64,000 bases of DNA from an uncultured Methanoregulaceae archaeon (GTDB lineage Archaea; Halobacteriota; Methanomicrobia; Methanomicrobiales; Methanospirillaceae), in assembly GCA_963717525.1 (NCBI GenBank), contig OY970343.1, positions 1,152,001-1,216,000 of the forward strand, given 5' to 3'. A program made the position numbers and the translations under genes. Shown piece after piece: positions 1-9,988 of this stretch; the stretch's first letter is position 1; every line of letters begins with the position of its first letter. The notes beneath the pieces are model-generated. The model did not search any database and was not told where the DNA came from. It worked only from the letters and a program-made list of their open reading frames with translations.

Positions 1-609
1 ATCCAGCTCCCTCACAAGAACTGGCTGGCGACCCAGACACGGGAATTAAATACGCCGGGAGTACAGGGAGATGTCGATCTCTTCTCGCTTTTGAAATCCT
101 CCATGCGCCAGCGCCCTGAGTACATCATTGTCGGTGAAGTGCGGGGCAGGGAAGCCCAAACCCTTTTCCAAGCCATGAACACCGGCCATGCAACGCTTTC
201 AACTATCCACTCCGGTAGCGTCCAGGAAGCCATCAACCGGCTGACCCACGAACCAATCAACGTCCCGTCAGTCATGTTCACCGCGCTCGATCTCGTCGTT
301 AGCCAGGCCGTCTACACCTTCGGCAGCCTCAGGGTACGGCGCTGCTCCGCCATCCACGAGATCTCGGTTGACGATCAGGGAACTATCCTGCCGGTAAAAT
401 TGTACGAGTGGGATATCAGCAACCAGCGGTTCTGTAAAACTCCTGTGCGGTCAAAGGTGCTCGATGAGATCGCTGCGATGCGGAACTGGTCGATGGAACA
501 GGTGGCAGACGAGCTGAGGCGGCGGGAAGAGTTCCTGAACATTGCAGTCGATGTCCCCCCGCCGGACATCATCGATCTTGCAAACGCCATCCACGATCTC
601 GGGGAATGA
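1..609 (+). CDS. Type II/IV secretion-pilus assembly ATPase (VirB11/FlaI family), 5' partial
   Basis: Frame is open from base 1 (IQLPHKNWLATQTRE...). It contains RQRPEYIIVGEVRG (Walker B region) and AMNTGH..LSTIH (His box), and is followed by a TadC-like gene. Confidence 0.9.
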   Translation: MQLPHKNWLATQTRELNTPGVQGDVDLFSLLKSSMRQRPEYIIVGEVRGREAQTLFQAMNTGHATLSTIHSGSVQEAINRLTHEPINVPSVMFTALDLVVSQAVYTFGSLRVRRCSAIHEISVDDQGTILPVKLYEWDISNQRFCKTPVRSKVLDEIAAMRNWSMEQVADELRRREEFLNIAVDVPPPDIIDLANAIHDLGE

Positions 610-610
610 G

Positions 611-2443
611 ATGACCGTTCTTTCATCTCTTAAATCCGCGGGTACCTCCCTTGAGAATTTCGAATTCGTTATTCTTGGTACAAATCTCAAGAAGGATCTC
701 CGCTCCGCCCATCTTCCCTACACTGCTGAGCAGTATCTCCGCACCACACGGATGAACGCCGCTGCGTCAATTGCGTTTTTTTTCGGATTCCTCGCCTTTG
801 TCCAGATCACCGGATATAATTTTGGGCTCTTTGCGCTGATCCCCCCGGTTTTGTTCTGGATCTTCTTATTTGCCCTGTGTGTGCCGGGAGTGTATCTCTT
901 CCAGGTCTATTACCCGGTGATGCTTGCCCGGGGGAGGAAGTCAAAGATCGATCTCGACCTGCCCTATGCGGTCTCGTACATGCAGGCCCTCTCCACCACG
1001 ATGTCTCCTTTTGAGGTTGTACAAAAGATTTACGAGGAGAAATCGATGTTTGGTGAGGTCTCACTTGAATTCGGCCAGGTGGTCAGGGATGTTGAACTCT
1101 TCGGAGACGACCTGATAACCGCGCTGCGCAATGTCCAGAAAACCACGCCCTCGCCCCTGTTCCGGGACTTCATCAACGATCTGGGCGTCGTCTACGAGAG
1201 CGGTGGCGATATCACTGCGTACCTCTCCTCAAAAACCGCGTTCTTCCACGAACAGGCGAAAAGGGAACTGGATCTCCTGCTCAAGACCATCGAGATCATG
1301 GCGGAGGTGTATGTCTCTGCATTTGTTGCAGGACCCATTGCTTTGATCATCATGATTGTGGCGCAGGGAATGACCAGCCAGTCGGCGATGACCTGGCTTG
1401 TTCCCTTTATGTACCTGGTCATCCCTGTCGGGGCCATCATCATGATCTGGATGCTCTCGGTCATGCTGCCTCCGGAGAATCTGGAGATCACCCGAAGGGA
1501 GATGGCCGATGCCGGGTTCAGCTCCGGGATATCGAGCAATGATTATCCCTTCAAGGAGGAGGTGGCATTTTTCAAGGCACTTGAGGCCAAGAAAAAAGAG
1601 CGCCGGATTTACAACCTGCTCCGGCACCCGTTCCGTACCTATATCACCAACTATAGCTACGGGCTATTCGCCGGGGCGGTCTGTGCCGGGATCTTCTCCG
1701 TCCTGCTGATGACCGGGGGAATGGATGCCCTTTTTCCCAATAATGCATTTGAAGCCGGCGCCTGCATGATCATGATCGGATTTATGGCGCCGGTCTCCCT
1801 TGCATATGAAGGGCGGCGATGGTATGTTAACAATGTCGAGGCAAACATCCCCGAATTCCTGCGCGAGCTCTCCGATATGATCGAGATCGGCCTGACGCTG
1901 CCGGACGCGATCCAACGGATCTCCAACGCGAAGCTGGGCCTGTTGAGCTCGGAGCTCGCCATCGTCTCCCGGGATGTGAGCACGGGGGCGTACATCAACG
2001 CCGCGTTGGTGCGCATGGAAGAACGGATCGGTCTGGTCTCGGTTAAACGGGCGATTTCCCTGCTGGTCAAAGCAAGTGAAATTACTTCTAACCTTCGGGA
2101 AATTTTTGTTATTGCCATCACTGACTTCGAACATTACCTGAAACTCAGGAGTGAGCGAGCAAACACTGCGATCGTCTATGTGATGATTATCTACCTTTCG
2201 TTTGGGATCTACCTTTACACCGCATACCAGCTCAACGGGCCTTTTATGTCGAGTTTTTCCTCGTTCAACCTCAATTTTAACATTGCAGATAATGTGAGGG
2301 AAATGTTTGACATCGGGGTCATTCTCGGTCTCTTCTCCGGCATCATGGCCGGCCAGTTCAGCTCGAACAGCATCCTTGCCGGGTTCAAGCACAGCATCGC
2401 CCTTCTCGCGGCGGCGGTGGCGATGTTTGTTTTCATTGTTTAA
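611..2443 (+). CDS. Type II secretion system F-family (TadC/FlaJ-like) membrane platform protein with two T2SSF halves
   Basis: ATG at 611 follows the ATPase stop. It has two repeated T2SF-like segments (IDLDLPYAVSYM...TPS.LFRDF; VEANIPEFLRELSDM..IGLTL.DAI) and several TM helices. Confidence 0.85.
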   Translation: MTVLSSLKSAGTSLENFEFVILGTNLKKDLRSAHLPYTAEQYLRTTRMNAAASIAFFFGFLAFVQITGYNFGLFALIPPVLFWIFLFALCVPGVYLFQVYYPVMLARGRKSKIDLDLPYAVSYMQALSTTMSPFEVVQKIYEEKSMFGEVSLEFGQVVRDVELFGDDLITALRNVQKTTPSPLFRDFINDLGVVYESGGDITAYLSSKTAFFHEQAKRELDLLLKTIEIMAEVYVSAFVAGPIALIIMIVAQGMTSQSAMTWLVPFMYLVIPVGAIIMIWMLSVMLPPENLEITRREMADAGFSSGISSNDYPFKEEVAFFKALEAKKKERRIYNLLRHPFRTYITNYSYGLFAGAVCAGIFSVLLMTGGMDALFPNNAFEAGACMIMIGFMAPVSLAYEGRRWYVNNVEANIPEFLRELSDMIEIGLTLPDAIQRISNAKLGLLSSELAIVSRDVSTGAYINAALVRMEERIGLVSVKRAISLLVKASEITSNLREIFVIAITDFEHYLKLRSERANTAIVYVMIIYLSFGIYLYTAYQLNGPFMSSFSSFNLNFNIADNVREMFDIGVILGLFSGIMAGQFSSNSILAGFKHSIALLAAAVAMFVFIV

Positions 2444-2454
2444 ATGGAGGGCAT

Positions 2455-2904
2455 ATGCGACAAAAAAACAGCAGCAGGAACCAGGCAGTTTCGGAAGTTG
2501 TAGGAGAAATGCTCATGATCGGACTGGTACTGATCCTTGCGGCGGTCTTTACCTCCCAACTCCCAAATTACCTGCCCTCTGAACGAAGTCCTACAGTTAC
2601 GATCATGATGAGCAACGACACCTTGGGAAATGTAACCCTCTGGCACAAAGGCGGCGACTGGGTGAAGGTAGATACACTTAAGGTCATTATCTCGAACCAA
2701 ACTCACACAACAACATTTACTTATTCGGGAACGCCCGGTTTCATCTTTGTGCCCGATCCTACAGAACCCGACAGTTCGGTCTTTGACCTCGGGGGCAATG
2801 TTACTATCATATCCAACGCACCTTTGGCCGGCGACGAGAAAATCGTCCTTGCCACGGATCGTGCGGTACTCTTTTCAGGTGTCATAAGCGGCGGGCAGCC
2901 ATGA
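2455..2904 (+). CDS. Archaeal type IV pilin (Pilin_N-type class III signal peptide)
   Basis: N-terminus NQA|VSEVVGEMLMIGLVLILAAVF, then LWHKGGD typical of archaeal pilin_N proteins. A GGAGG RBS lies upstream. Confidence 0.8.
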   Translation: MRQKNSSRNQAVSEVVGEMLMIGLVLILAAVFTSQLPNYLPSERSPTVTIMMSNDTLGNVTLWHKGGDWVKVDTLKVIISNQTHTTTFTYSGTPGFIFVPDPTEPDSSVFDLGGNVTIISNAPLAGDEKIVLATDRAVLFSGVISGGQP

Positions 2905-3860
2905 GAGACGATGCGATAGCGCCGGTAATTGCCGCGATGCTGATCCTTGCAGCACTCGTGACATTCTTTTCGATCTGGAATGCAGTCTACGTCCCCTCAA
3001 TGAAAGAATCATCAGAGGTTGGGCACCTCGAGAACGTAGAGTCGGCATTCCAGCATTTTTCATCGGACATCGATTACGCGGCCTCGTCATATCAGAATAA
3101 CCTCATTTTCAGCGAACCGGTCCAGCTTGGTGGAGGGGATGTGATGGTCAACCTGCTCAAATCGAGCGGGACGCTGCAGGTGCAGAATGAAACGGATCCA
3201 ATCTATACATTAATTCTCACGGATGGAGCGGGAAATACTGTTGCCCTCGTGAATAGTTCAATAGTAGATTTCTCATACCAACCCGTGAATAATTTCTGGC
3301 AGAACCAGGGCTACCGGTGGCAGTACGGCTACATCAACGTGACCAAATACGGAGAACTCTCGACACCTCTGGGGTACTACAACATGACCGATGTTGAAAA
3401 CGAAATCAGTACACCCGGTTCGCTTCAGACTTTTGCACAGTCATTTGGGATGGTTTCTGCGACTCCGAACATGACACCACAGGGGTATGGAAACCTCTCC
3501 GACCTCGATCTTTGGGTTGTGAGCATGTATGCCAACCCGGCTCATTCGTTTGTCAGCGGCAATGGATTCGGTTCGCTCAGGCTTACATCTGCCATCAATA
3601 CTACGTCTTATACGAACATCGCGGAAATTTCCATCGGATCAAACGACGCCTTATTCGGGTCCGGGGTTATGGACAATTGGTACTCAGGGTTCAGTAGAAT
3701 AAGTACGACATATTCTCCCTACCCGGCCAACATAATAGTGGATAACAGTCAAGGCGTTGACAACTACCTCTACTACAACGGCTCGACAATCAATCAACCG
3801 ACAGACATGCCGGTGACCGTGAACCTCCACCAAGTAAATATTGAAATCAGCGCGAACTAA
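2901..3860 (+). CDS. Putative minor pilin / pilin-like protein
   Basis: MRDDA|IAPVIAAMLILAALVTFF resembles a class III signal, followed by YVP...E..H. It overlaps the pilin stop (ATGA) and has an N/S/T-rich extracellular body. Confidence 0.65.
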   Translation: MRDDAIAPVIAAMLILAALVTFFSIWNAVYVPSMKESSEVGHLENVESAFQHFSSDIDYAASSYQNNLIFSEPVQLGGGDVMVNLLKSSGTLQVQNETDPIYTLILTDGAGNTVALVNSSIVDFSYQPVNNFWQNQGYRWQYGYINVTKYGELSTPLGYYNMTDVENEISTPGSLQTFAQSFGMVSATPNMTPQGYGNLSDLDLWVVSMYANPAHSFVSGNGFGSLRLTSAINTTSYTNIAEISIGSNDALFGSGVMDNWYSGFSRISTTYSPYPANIIVDNSQGVDNYLYYNGSTINQPTDMPVTVNLHQVNIEISAN

Positions 3861-4149
3861 CCTCATGAAAAGCGAGAGCGATAATCAAGACTTTATCCGG
3901 TGGAAATTCTGGAAGAAGAGAAAAGTTCGATAGGATGGATGCAGTTCGGTCAGCCATATTCGGTACGATCACGATATCATAGTCCATCGGAACAATTTCG
4001 TAGAGAAACGGTCAAAGAAGAAATCAAAATAACTCAAGAATCTGTATGGGCATACTCCGTTGGCCAATCATGAACTCGCTTTCCTCAAGAAAGAAAACCC
4101 GAGGTTGCGTATATTGGAACCTGCACATCATGTGCTGAAAAAAGATCCG

Positions 4150-4327
4150 GATCCCGGGCCGGATTTTCCGGCTATTCCGGAGATTTCTCGAATTTCAGAT
4201 GTCAAGACTTTTCCTTTAATAGGAATTAAAAAATATCCTATAGGATTTTCCTATAGGACACATTTTTCGACACTTCCCGGACATACACCGGAGAAATTCA
4301 CCGGAGATCCGGAGCCGGGCCGGGATC
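4150..4327. repeat. ~180 bp imperfect inverted repeat centred on TCCTATAGGA
   Basis: ATTTCTC (4183-4189) pairs with GAGAAAT (4291-4297), and GATCCCGG (4150-4157) with CCGGGATC (4320-4327). The centre near 4240 coincides with palindrome TCCTATAGGA (4236-4245), which recurs at 4249-4258. Confidence 0.5.
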
Positions 4328-4653
4328 TGAATCCCCGTTCGGGCCGGAACAAAACCAATATTGCCCAATACGACAAATTCAAAAAAAGGAAGATTATGCG
4401 GATAAAGGCAGGGAAATGTTTCCAAAAACTATTTTTTTACTGCATTGAATTTACTAACAAGTGTCAGAGATTTTAAAAATAATTCGCTTGAACGTATCGG
4501 CCTTTTAGAAAAAACCCGGCGCCTTTATTTTCTGCATGTGGGCCCCAGTCAGTTTCACCCTCCGCGCCCGGGGGTTCATATACCGTCGTGCTTCACTCCT
4601 CCTCACACAACGTCAGTGCCCGGGCCGCACATACCTGCCCGGGAGGACTTTTC

Positions 4654-6011
4654 ATGAACGCACCGCAGACATCATCCGCACACACCTCTCCCGGACCACA
4701 GGAAACTCCCCTTACCCTTCTCAGGAAATACTGGGGCTATCCGGGATTCCGCCCGCACCAGGAAGCAATCGTAGCCTCGGTCATTGGCGGAAACGACACG
4801 CTCGCGATCCTGACGACCGGGAGCGGGAAATCGCTCTGCTACCAGCTGCCTGCGGTGTACTTTGGCGGCCTTACCATCGTGATCTCCCCTCTCCTCGCGC
4901 TCATGAAAGACCAGGTGGACGCGCTCAATGACCGGGGCATCATGGCCGCCGCATGGAACAGCATGCTCGATGCGCCCGGGCGCAGCCGGATCGAGACGGC
5001 AATGCGGGACGGCAGGCTCCGGCTCCTGTTTATCTCGCCGGAGAAATGCCTGAAGCCGGGGTTCCTTGAATTCCTGCAGGCCTTCCCGGTCCGGCTTGTC
5101 GCGATTGACGAGGCGCACTGCATTTCTGAATGGGGCCATGATTTCCGGCCCGAGTACCCGTGACCTCGCCCGGCTGCGGAAGTGCTTCCCGTCCGCACCG
5201 GTTATCGCGCTCACGGCAACGGCCGCCCCGGAGGTGCGAAGGGACATCTGCCGGCGAGCTCGGCCTTGTGAACCCCAACGAATTCGTGGGCAGTTTCGAC
5301 CGGGAGAACCTGCAGTACCCGGGTCATCAGAAAGAAGAACCCGGCAATCCAGCTGGCGGAGATCTGTTGCCGGCACAGGAACGAGTCCGGTATCGTGTAC
5401 TGCCTGAGCAAGAAGGAGACCGAGGAGTGCGCAGCCGATCTCAAGAAGCGCGGCTTTACGGCGCTCGCGTACCATTCCGGCCTCTCCGCCCGGTCCGGGA
5501 GGCCGTGCAGGACGCGTTCCTGAAAAATGTCGCCCGGATCGTCTGCGCTACCGTCGCGTTCGGCATGGGGATCGACAAGCCCGACGTGCGCTTTGTCGTC
5601 CACTACGATATCCCGAAATCCGTCGAATCCTATTACCAGGAGACCGGCCGGGCTGGCCGGGACGGGAGGCCTGCAGAGTGCGTCCTCCTCTACAGCCGGG
5701 GGGATGCGATCCGGGTCAGGTTCATGCTCGACCGCGATGGCGCAGGCGAACAGGCAGCCCGGATCGCGCAGCGGAAACTCCGGGACATGACCCGGTACTG
5801 CGAGACGGCCGGCTGCCGGAAAAAATTCCTCTTATTCTATTTTGGCGAACAGCCCGCCGGCACGGGCTGCGGGGACTGCGACACCTGCGCCGGAAAGGTT
5901 CCTGTACCGGGCAGGAGGGCACCGGCCCGGCGCTCCCTAAAGAAGGCCGACCGTACCGCACATGCCGGGATGACGGTGCCCCGGCACGGTTACCCGATCC
6001 CGAGTGTTTAA
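4654..6011 (+). CDS. recQ: RecQ-family ATP-dependent DNA helicase (~451 aa after correcting 4 single-base frameshifts)
   Basis: Motifs run across frames: [77 protein letters not shown] and the Zn site CRK..CGDCDTC. Shifts are at ~5158, ~5255, ~5319 and ~5490. Confidence 0.9.
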
Positions 6012-6041
6012 AAAGCCAGCCTCCGGATAATTCCCTCAGGC

Positions 6042-7595
6042 ATGATCGATACCTCAGGACTTCCCGAAAACCCTGGCTGTTATCTCTATACCGATGCGGC
6101 AGGAACCATCATCTACGTCGGGAAGGCAAAGAACCTCAAAAAAAGGGTATCGAGCTACTTTACCAAGAAAGACCACGACGCGAAGACCCAGAGCCTCGTT
6201 GCCCGGACCGCCGCAGTCGACGTGGTGGTGACGGACACCGAGACCGAGGCGTTCCTTCTTGAAAATACCCTCATCAAAAAACACCAGCCGAAGTACAATA
6301 TCGACCTCAAGGACGCCAAGCGCTACGCGTGGATCGAGCTGACAAAGGAGGAGTACCCGAGGCTGGTGATCGCCCGCCGGGCAACGGGTAATGGCACGTT
6401 TTTCGGGCCTTTTGTCTCCGCTGCCGAGCGCGACCATGTGCTTGCCGTCGCAAAAAAGGTCTTCCACCTGCGGACCTGCAAAAAGCTCCCGAAACGCCCC
6501 TGCCTCAGGCGGCACATGCAATCCTGCAGCGCCCCCTGTACGGGCACCGTGAGCCCTGCGGAGTACGAAGAGAACGTGAAAAAGGCCGCGTTGCTCCTGA
6601 GGGGCCGGCCCACGGAGCTGCTCGATGAACTCCGGCGCGAGATGGTGGCACATTCTGCGGCAGAGGAGTACGAGCGGGCGCTCGTCATGCGAAACGAGAT
6701 TGGGGCGATCGAACACCTTGCCGAGCGACAGCATGTCGAGCGCCGGAGGGAGTACGACCAGGACGTGATCGCGTACCAGGTTACCGAGGGGAAGGTCTAC
6801 CTGACCATTTTCAACGTCGAACGGGGAACGCTCGTGAACAAGCAGGAGTTCACGTTCGATGCCGGTGAAGACTTCTTCGAGGAATTCCTCGTCCAGTACT
6901 ACTCGGAGCGCGAACCCCCGAAGGAGCTGATCCTCAGCCATGAAACGGATCCTGCGCTCGCAGAATTCCTTTCGGCAAAAAAGGGCAGGCAGGTCGATAT
7001 CGTTGTCCCGCAGCGGGGGGAAAAGCGGCAGCTCCTCGACCTTGCACAGAAGAACCTGGAGATCGCGTTCTTCCGCGACACACTCAAGAGCGCCGAACTG
7101 GGCGCAGCCCTGCACCTGCCTCATCCCCCCACCGTCATCGAATGCTTCGATATCTCCCATCTCTCCGGCACCGCGATGGTCGGGTCGATGGTTCAGTTCC
7201 GGGACGGGAGACCGGACAAGAGCAACTACCGGCGCTTCAAAGTGAGGACGGTCGAAGGAATTGACGATTTCGCATCGATTGCAGAGATTGTAACACGGCG
7301 GTACAAGCGCCTGTCAGAAGAGCATGCCCCGTTCCCGGACCTTGTGATTGTTGATGGCGGCAGGGGACAGCTCTCGGCTGCACGCAATGCACTTGCTGCC
7401 CTTGGGGCCGCAAGCCAGCCCGTGATTGCGATCGCAAAGCGGGAGGAGGAAATCTATACACCTGATGAGGATCTCCCGCTCAGGCTCGACAAAAAAAGCA
7501 TAGCGCTCCGGTATGTCCAGGAGATCCGGGATGAAGCGCACCGGTTTGCCATCACCTACAACCGGCTGCTCAGGAAAAAGAAGGTCATCACCTGA
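6042..7595 (+). CDS. uvrC: Excinuclease ABC subunit C
   Basis: GIY-YIG start (PGCYLY...IIYVGKAKNLKKRVSSYF), Cys cluster, ECFDISH, DGGRGQ and IRDEAHRFA. Confidence 0.97.
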   Translation: MIDTSGLPENPGCYLYTDAAGTIIYVGKAKNLKKRVSSYFTKKDHDAKTQSLVARTAAVDVVVTDTETEAFLLENTLIKKHQPKYNIDLKDAKRYAWIELTKEEYPRLVIARRATGNGTFFGPFVSAAERDHVLAVAKKVFHLRTCKKLPKRPCLRRHMQSCSAPCTGTVSPAEYEENVKKAALLLRGRPTELLDELRREMVAHSAAEEYERALVMRNEIGAIEHLAERQHVERRREYDQDVIAYQVTEGKVYLTIFNVERGTLVNKQEFTFDAGEDFFEEFLVQYYSEREPPKELILSHETDPALAEFLSAKKGRQVDIVVPQRGEKRQLLDLAQKNLEIAFFRDTLKSAELGAALHLPHPPTVIECFDISHLSGTAMVGSMVQFRDGRPDKSNYRRFKVRTVEGIDDFASIAEIVTRRYKRLSEEHAPFPDLVIVDGGRGQLSAARNALAALGAASQPVIAIAKREEEIYTPDEDLPLRLDKKSIALRYVQEIRDEAHRFAITYNRLLRKKKVIT

Positions 7596-7639
7596 TTCGC
7601 TCCACGGAGCCCGGAAAAAATCGTGCCAGTAGTCAAACG

Positions 7640-7684
7640 TTTATATGCTCCGTGATAGAGTATTGACCTAGAGGACAACGGAGG
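7640..7684 (+). promoter_or_regulatory. Putative TATA box and RBS of the encapsulin operon
   Basis: TTTATATG at 7640-7647 and GGAGG at 7680-7684, just before ATG 7690. Confidence 0.5.
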
Positions 7685-7689
7685 ATATC

Positions 7690-8064
7690 ATGCCAGACTT
7701 TTTCAACCCATTCAGTGGCACCGTTCCGGACCGTAAGCTGACAAAGGATGAACTCCTGAGGGCCATCCGGCTCGATATTGCCGGTGAACTCGAAGCGATC
7801 CACGGGTACCTTGCCCACGCGGATGCAACCGACAATGCACTCGCCAGGGCCGTGCTCACCGATATCGCAAACGAGGAGCGTGTCCACGCCGGTGAACTTA
7901 TCCGGCTTCTCGGAATCCTGACAAACGGCGAGGAGGATGGGTATCTCATGAAGGGAAAACTCGAAGTGGATGCCACAGCCGCAGGACTGGCCTCCCCGGC
8001 GCCGGAAGCGGCAGCCGCAAAGGATGAACCGACTATTGGATCACTCAAAACAACTGGGGCGTAA
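7690..8064 (+). CDS. Ferritin-like (rubrerythrin/EncFtn-type) encapsulin cargo protein with C-terminal targeting peptide
   Basis: ELEAIHGY...NEERVHAGE diiron-type motifs, an Ala/Pro linker and C-terminal EPTIGSLK. It ends 3 bp before the encapsulin gene. Confidence 0.85.
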   Translation: MPDFFNPFSGTVPDRKLTKDELLRAIRLDIAGELEAIHGYLAHADATDNALARAVLTDIANEERVHAGELIRLLGILTNGEEDGYLMKGKLEVDATAAGLASPAPEAAAAKDEPTIGSLKTTGA

Positions 8065-8067
8065 ACC

Positions 8068-8856
8068 ATGGCAAATAATTATCTTGGACGTGATGATGCA
8101 CCGATCGAAGCATCCACCTGGAAGCTGATCGACGATATGATGGTACAGGCTGCAAAGAGCCAGATCGCTGGCCGCCGGATCCTCCCCATTGAAGGGCCGT
8201 ACGGCTTTGGCCTCAAGGCCATCCCGATGGGGGACTATGCAGTCGAGGACGGGATCATAGGGAGCACCGCGATCCCCATGACCATGATCCGGACGGAATT
8301 TTCCCTCGCCAAGCGCGACCTTGCTTCCTTTGAACGCGACCACCTCGTCCTTGACACGACGCCGGTGGCATGCGCGGCGATGGACGCGGCGGCAAAAGAG
8401 GACAGGATCGTCTTCTCGGGCCTCGCCGGCATCTCCGGGCTGCTCAACACAGATGGGGCAGGCTCACTTACCCTTGCCAAGTGGGACAAGATCGGGGCAG
8501 CCGCTGACCAGATCATTGATGCGGTGACAAAACTGGATGCGGCAGGGTTCCACGGGCCCTACTCTATGGCCCTTGCCCCGGCCCAGTACAACCTTCTCCT
8601 GCGGCGGTACCCGCAGGGAGATGGTACCGAGCTCGACCACATCAGATCCATTGTAACCGATGGCGTGATCAAGGCCCCGGCGCTCAAGAAGGGAGGGGTG
8701 CTGCTTGCGGCAGGCATCCAGTACTCATCCATCGCGATCGGCCAGGACATGGTGACCGCGTACAACGGGCCGGTAGGGGATCTCCTCGAATTCCAGATCT
8801 ACGAGAGCCTTGCGCTCCTCGTCCGTGCCCCGGAATCGATCCTCGTGCTGAAGTAA
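8068..8856 (+). CDS. Family 1 encapsulin nanocompartment shell protein (Linocin M18/HK97 fold)
   Basis: YLGRDDAPI...W..ID, GRRILPIEGPYGFG, EDRIVFSG, GPYSMAL and IAIGQD; 262 aa. Confidence 0.92.
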   Translation: MANNYLGRDDAPIEASTWKLIDDMMVQAAKSQIAGRRILPIEGPYGFGLKAIPMGDYAVEDGIIGSTAIPMTMIRTEFSLAKRDLASFERDHLVLDTTPVACAAMDAAAKEDRIVFSGLAGISGLLNTDGAGSLTLAKWDKIGAAADQIIDAVTKLDAAGFHGPYSMALAPAQYNLLLRRYPQGDGTELDHIRSIVTDGVIKAPALKKGGVLLAAGIQYSSIAIGQDMVTAYNGPVGDLLEFQIYESLALLVRAPESILVLK

Positions 8857-8866
8857 AAACCATACC

Positions 8867-8874
8867 TTTTTTTT
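8867..8874 (+). terminator. Oligo-T archaeal terminator candidate
   Basis: Run of 8 T starting 10 bp after the encapsulin stop. Confidence 0.45.
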
Positions 8875-8905
8875 GGAAGTCCCGCCAGCGTGGAGAAAAC
8901 CGGCC

Positions 8906-9292
8906 ATGTATACCAGAAATATCTGCCTGTGTGCATCTGTTCTTCTGCTCGTCATTACCCTCACCGCCGGTGCCGGCTGCCTGAGCACCATGAATGTAGC
9001 AGATAGCTCGGCCGGTCCTGTCCACGCCCACTTCGAGTACCAGGACTCATGGTCACCGGAATACGGCTGCTATACCCACCTGACCGGGTACGTGTACAAC
9101 GCGGGAAACGTCTCCACGGAAAACCTGAAGCTGGACTTCAACCTGGTGAATACGGGAACCGGTACAATCCGCGATTCACGATCCATTTATATCGGCAGCA
9201 TCGGATCGGGCAGCACTCTGACCTACGAGACGATCCTTGACGGTGAATGTTCGCAGGACTACCGGGTGGACTTTGCATTTGAAAACCCGTAA
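8906..9292 (+). CDS. Putative secreted lipoprotein (small Ig-like, FxLYD-like domain)
   Basis: Hydrophobic signal ending in the AGC lipobox; LTGYVYNAGN motif. Confidence 0.6.
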   Translation: MYTRNICLCASVLLLVITLTAGAGCLSTMNVADSSAGPVHAHFEYQDSWSPEYGCYTHLTGYVYNAGNVSTENLKLDFNLVNTGTGTIRDSRSIYIGSIGSGSTLTYETILDGECSQDYRVDFAFENP

Positions 9293-9334
9293 GCTTCCCG
9301 CCTGACCGGGGAGATTCTCCCGCACACGGATCCC

Positions 9335-9988
9335 TTACTGTGCGTATTCAAGCGGGTCTGTTGCGCCTGCCTCTCCGAAGGCTTCGAGGCGCTCCGTACA
9401 GGCCCCGCACTTTCCGCAGGGAAGTTCCCCGCCCTTATAGCATGACCAAGTATCCGCATAATCGACGCCAAGAGCGATGCCTTTTTTCACGATATCCCCC
9501 TTAGAGAGCCAGAGGTAAGGCGCATGGAGCACGATGTCATTCCAGTCACAGAGGTGCATCGCCGTCGTCATGGCACTCACGAATGCCGGCCGGCAGTCAG
9601 GATAGATAGCATGGTCTCCCGCGTGCGCCGCGTAACACAGGTGACCGGCGCCGATACCGATGGCATAGGCTGCGGCAAGGCTTAAAAAAACCATGTTCCG
9701 GTTCGGGACGACGGTCTGTTTCATCGTCTCTTCTGCGTAATGGCCTTCGGGAACCTCCCATGCGTCCCTCGTCAGGCTGGACGGGGCGAGATCATTGAGA
9801 ACCGACAGGCCGACAATTTTGTGGGGGATGCGGAGTTTTGCGCAGGTCTTTTGTGCGCACAGGATCTCTTTTTTGTGTTTCTGGCTGTAATCGAACGTTA
9901 CCGTACTGACCTCATATCCCTGATGGATCAGATCATAGAGCAGGGTGGTGCTGTCCAGCCCGCCGGAAAAAATAAGAACCGCCTTCAT
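9335..9988 (-). CDS. queC: 7-cyano-7-deazaguanine synthase
   Basis: MKAVLIFSGGLDS, VPNRNMVFLS, YPDCRP and TWSCY...CGKCGAC. Start moved to ATG 9988. Confidence 0.95.
   Translation of the reverse strand: MKAVLIFSGGLDSTTLLYDLIHQGYEVSTVTFDYSQKHKKEILCAQKTCAKLRIPHKIVGLSVLNDLAPSSLTRDAWEVPEGHYAEETMKQTVVPNRNMVFLSLAAAYAIGIGAGHLCYAAHAGDHAIYPDCRPAFVSAMTTAMHLCDWNDIVLHAPYLWLSKGDIVKKGIALGVDYADTWSCYKGGELPCGKCGACTERLEAFGEAGATDPLEYAQ

Noticed and set aside
4060..4476. 138 aa ORF in the pilin-recQ gap
   Set aside because: It has a TTG start, no recognisable motif, and runs across the palindromic AT-rich element.
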